Positions 47,866-56,623 of a stretch of DNA of 64,000 nt are shown here, in pieces (position 1 is the stretch's first letter; each line of letters starts with the position of its first letter). The DNA is taken from assembly GCA_002327685.1 (NCBI GenBank), contig DCXN01000003.1, positions 6,981-70,980 of the forward strand, written 5' to 3'. The notes under the pieces are model-generated. The model had not been told where the DNA came from. It saw only the letters and a program-made list of their open reading frames with translations, and made no database searches. Source of the DNA: Patescibacteria group bacterium UBA2135. Its GTDB lineage: Bacteria; Patescibacteriota; Minisyncoccia; Phycocordibacterales; UBA2135. The position numbers were made by a program, and so were the translations under genes.

Positions 47866-48040
47866 CCAGGTCTGGCCTTGAGGAGGAGCGGAGCCGAGTC
47901 TGACTCGGCGCAGCGACGGGAAAAGGCCGGACCTTGCGGAACGGTTTTTTCTAATTTGCAGACCTTGAGAAAAAAACTGTGCAGCCAGGTCTGGCCTTGA
48001 GGAGGAGCGAAGCGACGGGAAAAGGCCGGACCTTGCGGAA
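47866..48040. repeat. REP-like family B cluster
   Basis: Two doublets; the first has CCGAGTCTGACTCGG inserted in its mini-hairpin. Confidence 0.85.
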
Positions 48041-48190
48041 CAGTTTTCCGCAGTTTCCCCCCATTCCATCAGAACCTTGCAAGGTTTTGATAGAATGTTA
48101 ACAATTTAGGCAAAATTCCCCTCAATTTTATATGAATACAGCAATTTTTAAACTATTTCAGTTTATCAAAATGAAGGTTCCTCGTGCGCA

Positions 48191-48844
48191 TTAGTTCTCT
48201 AAATCAACAACAGTAATATCAGAAAAAACCTCTTGCAATACACGTAATCGTTCTGATGATTCTGTTTGTGACTTCTTTGAAAATTCTTTAATACTGTTTT
48301 CAATGTCATTTGTCATCTCTCCTGTTTTTTTAAATTTTTCTAATTCTCCATTTGGTAACATTGGCCAAAAATCTTTTGGTAAGCCACTCGTACCCTTTCT
48401 AACTCCTCCAATAAATCTCTTGTAGATACGGGATGTATATTTTTCTATTGGTGTGGGGTGAATGTATATAAATTCAAAATCAGACAACGTATCTGAAAAA
48501 ATACTTTTTAATGTATGTGGGTTTGCCATTGAACCTTCCACTACAACATTACCTCGCAATATAGCTTTTCGTAACTCTTGTTGAGCACCGGTAATAAAAG
48601 CTTCTCTCCATTCTGATGGTTCACCAAAACGATATGCCACAACATAAGCTTTAGGAACATCATCTACACCAAATTTTTCAACAACATTTTTTTGTACAAT
48701 TTGATCAAATGAAATCGATACATACCCAAGATCCTCTACTAGTTGATGAGCGAATGTTGTTTTTCCTGTTGAGGTTTTACCACTGATATATACAATCTGT
48801 GGTTTTGTGTTTTTAATCTTCTTATATACTCCCTCAAGATTCAT
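48191..48844 (-). CDS. P-loop NTPase (nucleotide kinase-like)
   Basis: YISGKTSTGKTT; VVVEG. Confidence 0.8.
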   Translation of the reverse strand: MNLEGVYKKIKNTKPQIVYISGKTSTGKTTFAHQLVEDLGYVSISFDQIVQKNVVEKFGVDDVPKAYVVAYRFGEPSEWREAFITGAQQELRKAILRGNVVVEGSMANPHTLKSIFSDTLSDFEFIYIHPTPIEKYTSRIYKRFIGGVRKGTSGLPKDFWPMLPNGELEKFKKTGEMTNDIENSIKEFSKKSQTESSERLRVLQEVFSDITVVDLEN

Positions 48845-48910
48845 AAAATTATTATAACGCTGAATACTTAATATATTGAATAAATATAGTACCTCGTGCT
48901 AGCTCTAAGA

Positions 48911-48987
48911 TGCGGAGACTGAGGGATTCGAACTGTCTCGGTCACCCCGATACTAAATGTTAAGTGCGGGGTGTTAGGGATTCGAAC
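48911..48987 (-). pseudogene. Two tRNA 3'-end fragments
   Basis: Minus strand GTTCGAATCCCTAACACCCCGCAC and GTTCGAATCCCTCAGTCTCCGCA; no 5' halves seen. Confidence 0.65.
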
Positions 48988-49113
48988 ACTTCTCGTGCGT
49001 AATCACTACGCTCAAATTGCCTAACCTCCTCAAGCTAAAACTTTTGTCGATCAAGCCCCGTAAAGTTTATTTTTAACTATTTTAATTTATCAAAATGAAG
49101 GTCCTCGTGTACC

Positions 49114-49806
49114 TTAATTTTTAACATCATATTTTAAATGAAGATAGGAATGTTCTAATTGTTTGCAAGATACTAATGTAAGTGGTCTCAACTTCATCAA
49201 CTCGAAGTTATTATGTAATGACTCACCATCAATAAGTGTTGCTGTATTCTTTCCTCCGACTAAAATTGGTGCAACAACAATGGAAAGATGGTCAATCAAT
49301 CCAGCTCTTAACAAAACGGAGTTTAGTGTTCCTCCAGATTGAATTGTGAGCTTGTCAGCCCCATTCTTTTTTAACTTATAGAGTACATCTTGAAAATCAA
49401 TTTCATTATTATATAAAAGAAAAGTAATCTTATCATTCTGACCTGAAAGAATTTTTGCAGGATGATTAGCGTTTGTACTTACAACAAACACGCCTCTAGT
49501 TTTTTCAGCCAAGTATTCAATCCCTTCAGAAGTTAGGTGTGGCTTATTATCAACTACCACGAATGAAACAGGAATACCATCTTGAAATACCTTTTTCTCA
49601 TTTACTCCAATTTTTTCAAAAACTCTACCCGAGTTAAGCGAAAAAGGATCCGTAGTCTGTTCAATATCATAGTATTGTTTCAATCCTTCTTTTACCCCAT
49701 CAACATTAAGGAAATCCTTATCGACATCCATTGCGTCGGTATCTCCAGTCGATATTTTCCCATCGACAGACATAAGCATGAATAGTGTTGTTTCTGGTCT
49801 TTCCAT
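49114..49806 (-). CDS. RibD C-terminal / DHFR-like reductase
   Basis: MSVDGKI, GGTLN...LID.L...AP.L.GG. Confidence 0.88.
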   Translation of the reverse strand: MERPETTLFMLMSVDGKISTGDTDAMDVDKDFLNVDGVKEGLKQYYDIEQTTDPFSLNSGRVFEKIGVNEKKVFQDGIPVSFVVVDNKPHLTSEGIEYLAEKTRGVFVVSTNANHPAKILSGQNDKITFLLYNNEIDFQDVLYKLKKNGADKLTIQSGGTLNSVLLRAGLIDHLSIVVAPILVGGKNTATLIDGESLHNNFELMKLRPLTLVSCKQLEHSYLHLKYDVKN

Positions 49807-49894
49807 ATATTTATCATAACGCAATCAATAAAATTGCATAACAAATTGCCTACAGATAAATGTGAATAATCGCCATTAATTTTCTGATATTTTT

Positions 49895-51361
49895 TTATTC
49901 CTCTCGCAACTTATCCAACTCAAGAGTTTCGTCTATGCGAATCTGATTTACAAAATCCGAAACGTGAGAAACAAGCACCATGGCCCCTTTATATTGATCT
50001 AGCGCCTTTGCGATGATGGGTAGATGGCGAAAGTTTATATGATTAGTAGGTTCGTCTAAAATAAGCAGGTTCGGTCTCATAAGTGCAAGTTGTGCAAATG
50101 ACACGAGTCCTTTTTGTCCTTCGGACAAATTTCCTATCTTTGTGTATATAAGCTCTCCTGTTATCAAAAATCCTGCCGCCAAACTCCTCATCATCTGTTC
50201 ATCCTCTCTGTCCATTGCCTTCTTCAGCGTGTCATACACAGTCTCATCAAAATCAAGCATGGAAAAATCCTGTCTATAATAGCCCACTCTCACACCATCT
50301 GAAATCTTTGCACCCTGCTCTGTGCCATGCGCCAAATTATTAAGCAAAGTACTTTTTCCTATGCCATTTGGGCCAGTTAAAAGAAGATGCCTATTTTTCG
50401 TTAAAGATACGTCCGCCACTCTAGAAGACAACTTATCGCCTTGCATAATAGAGAGTGCGTGAATCCGCAAAATCTCGCCTACGTGATGCTCCTTAACGTC
50501 TATATCAAATTTTCGTATAGTTTTGTCTTCACGACGCACATCCACTTTGGATTCTTCCGCCTCTTGCGCACTTTCACGCATACGTTTTGCCAAGATCCTC
50601 ATGCGACCTCCTTTGTTTGCGAAAAAGTTTGCCTTGTCTTTTTTCTCTTGAATATGTTTTTCAAATTGAGCGTTTTTTCTACGTTCTTTTTCTACACGAG
50701 CTACTATCTCCTTAACCACGTCTTTGTAGTCACCAACATATTTTTCTATTTTTCTCGTAAAGACATCTAGATACAAAACGCCTTCCGTGAAAGCATTTAA
50801 AAAATCTGCATCATGAGAAATCACGATAACCGTTTTTTTGTAATCAATCAAAAACTTTTTCAAATGTGAAATCCCATCTTTATCTAGATTGTTTGTGGGT
50901 TCATCTAAGAGCAATATGTCAGGGTTCTGTATTAAAGCAGATGCCAAAAGAAGGCGCGCCTGCTGTCCTCCAGAGAAATCTTTTATGAGCTTTTCCTTTG
51001 GGGCGTGTAGGTTTACGACTTCTAAAATCTTATCTATACGCACATCAATGTTATATATTTTCTCCGTGAAGCACTCTTGAAAAAACTCACGCACAGAAAT
51101 TTCAAGCTGGTCACGTGGTATTACCTGTCTAGCTATCGCCACGGAAAGATTCGGCGCGAAATGAATATCCCCTTCTGCAGGCGTACGCTTTTTTGTGATT
51201 AGCTCAAACAAAGTGCTTTTCCCTGATCCATTTTGCCCCATGAGAGTTATTTTTGAGCCACGACGCACAGTAAAGCTCACCTCATCTAATATGGGTTTCT
51301 TTGCGCTGTATTCAAATGACACCTCGTCAAATCTTATTATTACTTCTGTTTTTTCTGACAT
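49895..51361 (-). CDS. ABC-F family ATPase
   Basis: Two ABC cassettes (GQNGSGKS, GPNGIGKS; two LDEPTN), inter-domain linker, no TM. Confidence 0.92.
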   Translation of the reverse strand: MSEKTEVIIRFDEVSFEYSAKKPILDEVSFTVRRGSKITLMGQNGSGKSTLFELITKKRTPAEGDIHFAPNLSVAIARQVIPRDQLEISVREFFQECFTEKIYNIDVRIDKILEVVNLHAPKEKLIKDFSGGQQARLLLASALIQNPDILLLDEPTNNLDKDGISHLKKFLIDYKKTVIVISHDADFLNAFTEGVLYLDVFTRKIEKYVGDYKDVVKEIVARVEKERRKNAQFEKHIQEKKDKANFFANKGGRMRILAKRMRESAQEAEESKVDVRREDKTIRKFDIDVKEHHVGEILRIHALSIMQGDKLSSRVADVSLTKNRHLLLTGPNGIGKSTLLNNLAHGTEQGAKISDGVRVGYYRQDFSMLDFDETVYDTLKKAMDREDEQMMRSLAAGFLITGELIYTKIGNLSEGQKGLVSFAQLALMRPNLLILDEPTNHINFRHLPIIAKALDQYKGAMVLVSHVSDFVNQIRIDETLELDKLREE

Positions 51362-51483
51362 AGTTAGCAAAGCATTTTAATCAATTTAATCAAAAAGAAC
51401 GCACGCGGTGCGTCCTTGCTCCTTGTTGACAGAACTATACTACAAATCCACTACCTACGCAATCATCTTTTTGAAACGCCGTC

Positions 51484-51571
51484 AGGTCTGGCCTTCCCGC
51501 CTGCCATCGCCCGACTGACCTTTGCGGACGATTAGGCAGTGGCGGGCAGGGAGGAGGAGCGGAGCGACGGG
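51484..51571. repeat. REP-B half interrupted by a CCTGCC...GGCAGG hairpin
   Basis: CAGGTCTGGCCTT-[insert]-GAGGAGGAGCGGAGCGACGGG. Confidence 0.7.
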
Positions 51572-51664
51572 CCTCGGTCTCGGATAATTCTATACCAAGC
51601 ACTACAAGGCTTTTCTGACGGCTTTTAGTTTACTGTTTCAATGCTCCTCGGAACAAAGTGTAAA

Positions 51665-51693
51665 TTGCTTATCCTCGTAAAACAAGCTATCCT
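51665..51693 (+). promoter_or_regulatory. sigma70-like promoter for the candidate RNA
   Basis: TTGCTT-17nt-TATCCT, placing +1 near 51699-51700. Confidence 0.55.
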
Positions 51694-51698
51694 TAGAT

Positions 51699-51838
51699 TG
51701 GATGCTTGAGCAGTGCCGAGGCTAATACGGCGAGATCAGCACGCTAGCCCGAATACCTCGACAGTACTTTGACCGGCCTTAGCTTCAAAGTTGAGGAACG
51801 TCGTCCGTAACTATAACGGACCTTCGCTTGAGCATCCA
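51699..51838 (+). ncRNA. Candidate standalone RNA containing a 23S rRNA helix 69 mimic
   Basis: 13-bp closing stem; internal helices; GTCCGTAACTATAACGGAC hairpin at 51803-51821. Confidence 0.7.
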
Positions 51839-51847
51839 CTTTCTTCT

Positions 51848-51874
51848 AGCCATTTCTTTGGAAGTGGTTTTTCT
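51848..51874 (+). terminator. Intrinsic terminator
   Basis: AGCCATTTC-TTTG-GAAGTGGTT followed by TTTCT. Confidence 0.6.
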
Positions 51875-52090
51875 ATTATAAGAAGCTCTTCATACTCTGA
51901 TCATACTCTGAACCTACCCCGAACTACCTGACTGCTTAGAACGATGTTGAAACCTGTTTTATTTTATCAAATTAATCACTCGACAAAGATTCAAATGGCA
52001 GATAATGCTCGAATATTTTAATGAACATCGAGCTGTCCACAGAAACAAGAAAGCCGCCTACTTCAAACATAAAGTGACGGCTTATATTAA

Positions 52091-52477
52091 TTAGGAATCT
52101 CCGAGAAAAGAATCCAGACTCTCTTTATTAAATTCCATGCAATGACCAACGATAACCAGAACATCACGTGGCTTAAACCACACTGCTTCAAGATTCCGCC
52201 CTTTGAACTTATCTTCGCCTTCACGAAAATTTCGCTGAAATACAGCAGTTGAGGCACCGTGTGTTCCATATTCATGAAAAAACCAACGCTGTCCATCATC
52301 TTCTAAAGGATCCCCTCGAAAGAGGAGGCATGGAACAGTACTTTGTTCACTTGGACCAGAAAACGCGACAGCATCGATTTTTGGAAAAGTACGTCCTTTG
52401 CAATCAAAAAGGTGTTGCCCTTTTACCTCAACCACTTTTAACACAGTAACAAACAAACCTTTTGATATCTCAAACAT
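52091..52477 (-). CDS. Hypothetical protein
   Basis: 128 aa; AGGTAGG upstream. Confidence 0.6.
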   Translation of the reverse strand: MFEISKGLFVTVLKVVEVKGQHLFDCKGRTFPKIDAVAFSGPSEQSTVPCLLFRGDPLEDDGQRWFFHEYGTHGASTAVFQRNFREGEDKFKGRNLEAVWFKPRDVLVIVGHCMEFNKESLDSFLGDS

Positions 52478-52604
52478 TTCTACCTACCTTTAAATTTAAT
52501 ATCAAAATTCTAATACAGTAATAACACTATGTAATTTCTTTTGCAACAGATTACCGCGGGCTAACGAGATAGTTTTTTATGCGACGTAAACGGAAACAGT
52601 CACA

Positions 52605-53459
52605 TTAATTTCTCACATTCTTCCCATCGCTCTTAAAAATAATCGTCCCCTGCTCGTCTGTCCTCAAAATTTCACTTTCAAATTGTTCAAGGCGCGCAAT
52701 CACCTCTTCGTGAGGGTGACCGTATCTATTTGCCACGCCAGCCGATATGACAGAAAATAATGGTGACGCATACCCAAGAAACAAATCGGATGTAGAGGTT
52801 TTTGAGCCATGATGACCAATCTTCAACACATCAACGTCAATCATTTTCCCATCAAGCGAAACAACAAAGTTTTCCATCTTTTGCGACGCGTCACCTGTGA
52901 AAAGAAATGATGTATCTTCATAAATCAGTTTCGCAATAATTGATGCATCATTCGCGCTCACTCCAGACATGTCTCTGTCAGGAAACAAAACAAGTAAGTA
53001 CACTTTTTCATCCAAAAATATTTTCATTCCACGCCGCGCTATAACATTCTCACTTCCCTCTAACGCAATCAAACGCACTAGCTCCTCGTACGCACCTGTT
53101 TCTACCGCAATACCAGGCTCAATAAAATAATCAACTTTAAAATTTTTCAAAACCGCCGGAAGCCCACCGATATGATCTTTGTCCGGATGTGTTGCAAGCA
53201 CAACATCAATTGAACGATCATAAAATGGCATAACAGTGGAAAGCTCCTGCAAAACGCGAGTATTCCCTCCACCGTCTATAAGCATTTGATTCCCATTTGG
53301 CGCTTCAATAAAAACCGCATCCCCCTGCCCCACATCCAAAAACGCAACCGTCAAAATCCCCGCGCGTTCCTCACCAAAAATCGCACACCAAATCAAGGCG
53401 TTCGCAAAGAAAAGCACGCCAAGAAAATACCATTTTGCGTTTTGGCGGATAGATTCCAT
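52605..53459 (-). CDS. ComEC/Rec2-type metallo-beta-lactamase fold protein
   Basis: LDVGQGDA, THPDKDHIGG, FTGD, GHHGS, YGHPH. Confidence 0.93.
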   Translation of the reverse strand: MESIRQNAKWYFLGVLFFANALIWCAIFGEERAGILTVAFLDVGQGDAVFIEAPNGNQMLIDGGGNTRVLQELSTVMPFYDRSIDVVLATHPDKDHIGGLPAVLKNFKVDYFIEPGIAVETGAYEELVRLIALEGSENVIARRGMKIFLDEKVYLLVLFPDRDMSGVSANDASIIAKLIYEDTSFLFTGDASQKMENFVVSLDGKMIDVDVLKIGHHGSKTSTSDLFLGYASPLFSVISAGVANRYGHPHEEVIARLEQFESEILRTDEQGTIIFKSDGKNVRN

Positions 53460-53533
53460 TTAGGAGAGTATAGCAAAGAGAACAAAAAGAAAAAGCCGTC
53501 TCGCCAAACGACGAGACGACAAATATAAAACTT

Positions 53534-53926
53534 CTAGATATCAAAGAAAAGATACCCAAGCTCCTCACCAGCTGGTTGGCTTGAAAGCGACACGCAATCT
53601 TCACGCGAAGAAAACTGTTTCACTAAACGAAGACATGTCGCTACCCCCTCTACAATATCAGAGTGTAGTGAGAGATTCTGGTTTTGCGTGCTCCAATTGC
53701 ACGGAGCATGTCGTGCCCTTCGCAAGATTCCCAAAACCATGTCGCCGTTGCTGTTTTGGGACACGCCTGCTAACTGCTCAATGAGACGGTCTAGATTTTC
53801 GTGCGAATGGTTGATATCTGGACGCGGAATTGACGGCATTGGTCCCTTCCGAATCAGTTCATCCGCGGCGTTGAATGCTAACAGCGCTAAATCGCTAAAA
53901 ACTAAGGCCACAAGGTCCTCCTTCAA
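53534..53926 (-). CDS. Hypothetical protein
   Basis: 130-aa ORF with a TTG start; uncertain. Confidence 0.45.
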   Translation of the reverse strand: MKEDLVALVFSDLALLAFNAADELIRKGPMPSIPRPDINHSHENLDRLIEQLAGVSQNSNGDMVLGILRRARHAPCNWSTQNQNLSLHSDIVEGVATCLRLVKQFSSREDCVSLSSQPAGEELGYLFFDI

Positions 53927-54004
53927 GGGTAATTCTGCATTCTTTTTACATGTAACTCAAAAACTTGTCAAGCAACAGTGACGCTCCTGTACATACACAA
54001 AAAA

Positions 54005-54277
54005 TTACCGATAAATATCCTTCCGATTGCCAACGTAAAGAAAATGTACGTTCTTGGCATCAATAAAACGAAATTTGATACGATAGTCTTTATTAATCCA
54101 AAAACTCCACACTTGCTCATGATGTGGTTCCAATTTTTTAGCACGAAGAGACGTGTGAAATGGGTTCTTACGAAATAATTCTGTCTTCATTTCTGCTCTT
54201 CGTTGAACAACAGCTGGTAGCTTCTTATATAACCGAGTAAACGTTGGTGTGATAAAAATCTCCAACATACATATCAT
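54005..54277 (-). CDS. RelE/ParE family toxin
   Basis: NPFHTSLR.KKL...WSF.IN.DYRI.F...G...DIY. Confidence 0.85.
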   Translation of the reverse strand: MICMLEIFITPTFTRLYKKLPAVVQRRAEMKTELFRKNPFHTSLRAKKLEPHHEQVWSFWINKDYRIKFRFIDAKNVHFLYVGNRKDIYR

Positions 54278-54474
54278 TTACGAAGTTCGCGCAAGGATTT
54301 TATTTTGCGCGCCTTACCTTCTTTTGATTCTTTCAATGATTTGTTGAGAGATTTTAGAAAGTCAGAGTTATACAACCCAAAAACATCCGCCAGCTTTTCC
54401 CACTGGTTGAGGTCAATTTCTATCTTAATTTTTTTCCGTGAGTTTAGTTTATCTAAAATAGTTATTGTTGCCAT
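54274..54474 (-). CDS. Putative antitoxin
   Basis: 66 aa, overlaps the toxin start; SLKESKEGK...SLREL. Confidence 0.75.
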   Translation of the reverse strand: MATITILDKLNSRKKIKIEIDLNQWEKLADVFGLYNSDFLKSLNKSLKESKEGKARKIKSLRELRK

Positions 54475-54550
54475 TCGCTTTAATTTATCACACTTTTACC
54501 GATTTCGCAATTTCGTTTCACCCGAAAAATGAAAGGTTGCAATGCCTGTT

Positions 54551-54670
54551 TTACATCCACATCGTCAAAACCGCGCGCTCCTCACCAAAAATTGCGTACC
54601 AAATCAAAGCATTCGCAAAAAAAAGCACGCCAAGAAAATACCATTTTGCGTTTTGCTTAATATTCTTCAT
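54551..54670 (-). pseudogene. Orphan 5' fragment of the ComEC-MBL gene
   Basis: MKNIKQNAKWYFLGVLFFANALIWYAIFGEERA... matches the N-terminus of 52605-53459. Confidence 0.88.
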
Positions 54671-55581
54671 AAGGACAGCGATTCAACTACCTTGTTGCCC
54701 ATCTCTAATCCAGTCTGCCAAGCGGCTTTAAGCATTTTAGGGTCAGTAGTTCTTGATCGAACATTAAAATTATTCGGAGGAGCAATAAGTGTTATGTGGG
54801 GATTGTTTTGTATTGATTCCAAGTCCATTTTTAACCTGTCTTCTGTTGTTGCATATGAACGATACAAAGTTGGATCGTCAAACATCCAACTCATAAACTT
54901 TCCCTCAAATATGTTTTTCATCTTGTAACTAAATTTTCTTCGGATTGGGCTGTTCAAAATAATAATTATCTTGCTATTTGGATGCAATTTCAAAAGAGAG
55001 TCCAGCCCGATGATATCCATAATGGCTCCGTCTATATACCGAGAGCCATCAATGACTGGAACTTTATGAACGTATGGAAATGGTTTAACACCAGCTTTTA
55101 GTATCTCCAGGATATCTGGACGACGTGCTTCAATATATTCAACAGTATGAGTCTCTAGGTTGAAAAGCTTCACATACAACGGAATTGACTGAGAAAGAAT
55201 CCGATTGGTATTCAAATACTTTTCGTTTTTCACAACATTCATTAAATAATCAACGTCAAGCGCATCTTGTAACTTATTTTGTGGAACCGATTTTATAAAT
55301 TTATTTTGGAATCGTTGCCAAGTGCCAATCCAAAACCCCTTAGTAGAAATGAAATTTTTATTTAAATCCTCCCAAAACATAGACGACCCATACGGTGTTT
55401 GTCTTGCTAAAAAATATGCTCCGATCAAAACACCGGCGGATGCTCCATAAACAGCCTTTATCCTTGGATAAATACTATGTCGTTCAAATGCTGTGGAAAC
55501 TCCTGCCCCGAATGATCCTGTCATGGTGCCTCCGGCAAAATATATAACAAACTTATCTGAAGAGTCTTTTTTATTATTCAT
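54667..55581 (-). CDS. Patatin-like phospholipase
   Basis: GGTMTG, GASAG, DGA motifs. Confidence 0.88.
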   Translation of the reverse strand: MNNKKDSSDKFVIYFAGGTMTGSFGAGVSTAFERHSIYPRIKAVYGASAGVLIGAYFLARQTPYGSSMFWEDLNKNFISTKGFWIGTWQRFQNKFIKSVPQNKLQDALDVDYLMNVVKNEKYLNTNRILSQSIPLYVKLFNLETHTVEYIEARRPDILEILKAGVKPFPYVHKVPVIDGSRYIDGAIMDIIGLDSLLKLHPNSKIIIILNSPIRRKFSYKMKNIFEGKFMSWMFDDPTLYRSYATTEDRLKMDLESIQNNPHITLIAPPNNFNVRSRTTDPKMLKAAWQTGLEMGNKVVESLSL

Positions 55582-55745
55582 TAGTCTTCATTTTACAAGA
55601 TTACCTATTTTTTAAAAGAATCTTTTTACCTCACTGAAGTTTTACAAAAGGATTCCATTGCAGATTAACATACATATCAGTACAAAAAGAAAAAGCCGCG
55701 ACTACCCAAAGCAATCGCGGCTCTACCTGGAGGATTTAAAGCAAA

Positions 55746-56399
55746 TCAACCAAGACATTCCCTAATTCTATTCAACGTCTCTCTACCATCTAAATCACGA
55801 ACGCTTGATGCCGGAATATTTACATGAGCTAATGTACGGTATCGTTCAAGTCGCCTTTTAAGCAAAATTGGATAACACCGCCTTAAGGCGTCCTCTTTGG
55901 ACTCACCTGCGTTCATTGAAAAATGACCGCACCAAATAACAGGTTTTGGATTACTAAAAAATTGCTCTATCATGCAGTCTAGAGAATCATTACCAACGTC
56001 AAGGTGAACTACAAGACAACTCTCGTACAAAACCTGAAGAGTCTCTGCATTAAGATGAACAACACTTCCTGTCGTGTCAAGCACAAGGTTTTTACCGCTT
56101 GTCTGAATTGATGCGCGTCTAGTAAGTTGGTCTTCAGATCTTAAATAACATTTTTCACGCTCTTGATAACCTGTATCAGAAGGATGCCCTAGCCATGAAG
56201 ATATATCTGTCATGGAATGAAAATTAAACATTTCCTGGATTTTTTCATCAACATGATGCCAGGAAAAGCCTAGTTTACAACAAAGCACCTTTGATCTATA
56301 ACTTTTCCCTGCATTTGACATCCCGACGAAAGAAAGTCTCAGGGTTTGCCCAGCAACGTGCGTATCAAACTCGCTCTGCTTCAACTGTCCAATGCTCAT
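55746..56399 (-). CDS. P-loop NTPase (shikimate-kinase-like fold)
   Basis: GMSNAGKS; VLDTTGS. Confidence 0.75.
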   Translation of the reverse strand: MSIGQLKQSEFDTHVAGQTLRLSFVGMSNAGKSYRSKVLCCKLGFSWHHVDEKIQEMFNFHSMTDISSWLGHPSDTGYQEREKCYLRSEDQLTRRASIQTSGKNLVLDTTGSVVHLNAETLQVLYESCLVVHLDVGNDSLDCMIEQFFSNPKPVIWCGHFSMNAGESKEDALRRCYPILLKRRLERYRTLAHVNIPASSVRDLDGRETLNRIRECLG

Positions 56400-56623
56400 A
56401 AATTTCCCCTTATGTACTTTTTACAAGAATTATCTGGAGCAATAGTATCAAAGATATATTTTTTAAGCAACGAAATCACAAGAAGAAATGCTTTTGTTCG
56501 GTTTTTAAATCTGAAATTAAATGTTATCCACACCACACGCTTGCGAATTCTACTGTTTAGACTATCATGTTGTTAATTTGTGTCGATTTATAAAAAATTA
56601 AAAGCTAAACAAGCAATATATTT

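Noticed and set aside
6166-48069. Short ORFs made of repeat sequence (e.g. 6166-6612, 7852-8055, 10304-10644, 26803-27039, 47854-48069)
   Set aside because: They are translations of REP/MITE DNA, giving recurring peptides such as ARPGL and PPQGQT.
48911-48987. Intact tRNA genes
   Set aside because: Only T-arm and 3' acceptor portions are visible; no D or anticodon arms.
51797-51823. An rRNA gene or I-CeuI site
   Set aside because: Similarity stops after H69; the following 23S sequence and the right half of the I-CeuI site are absent.
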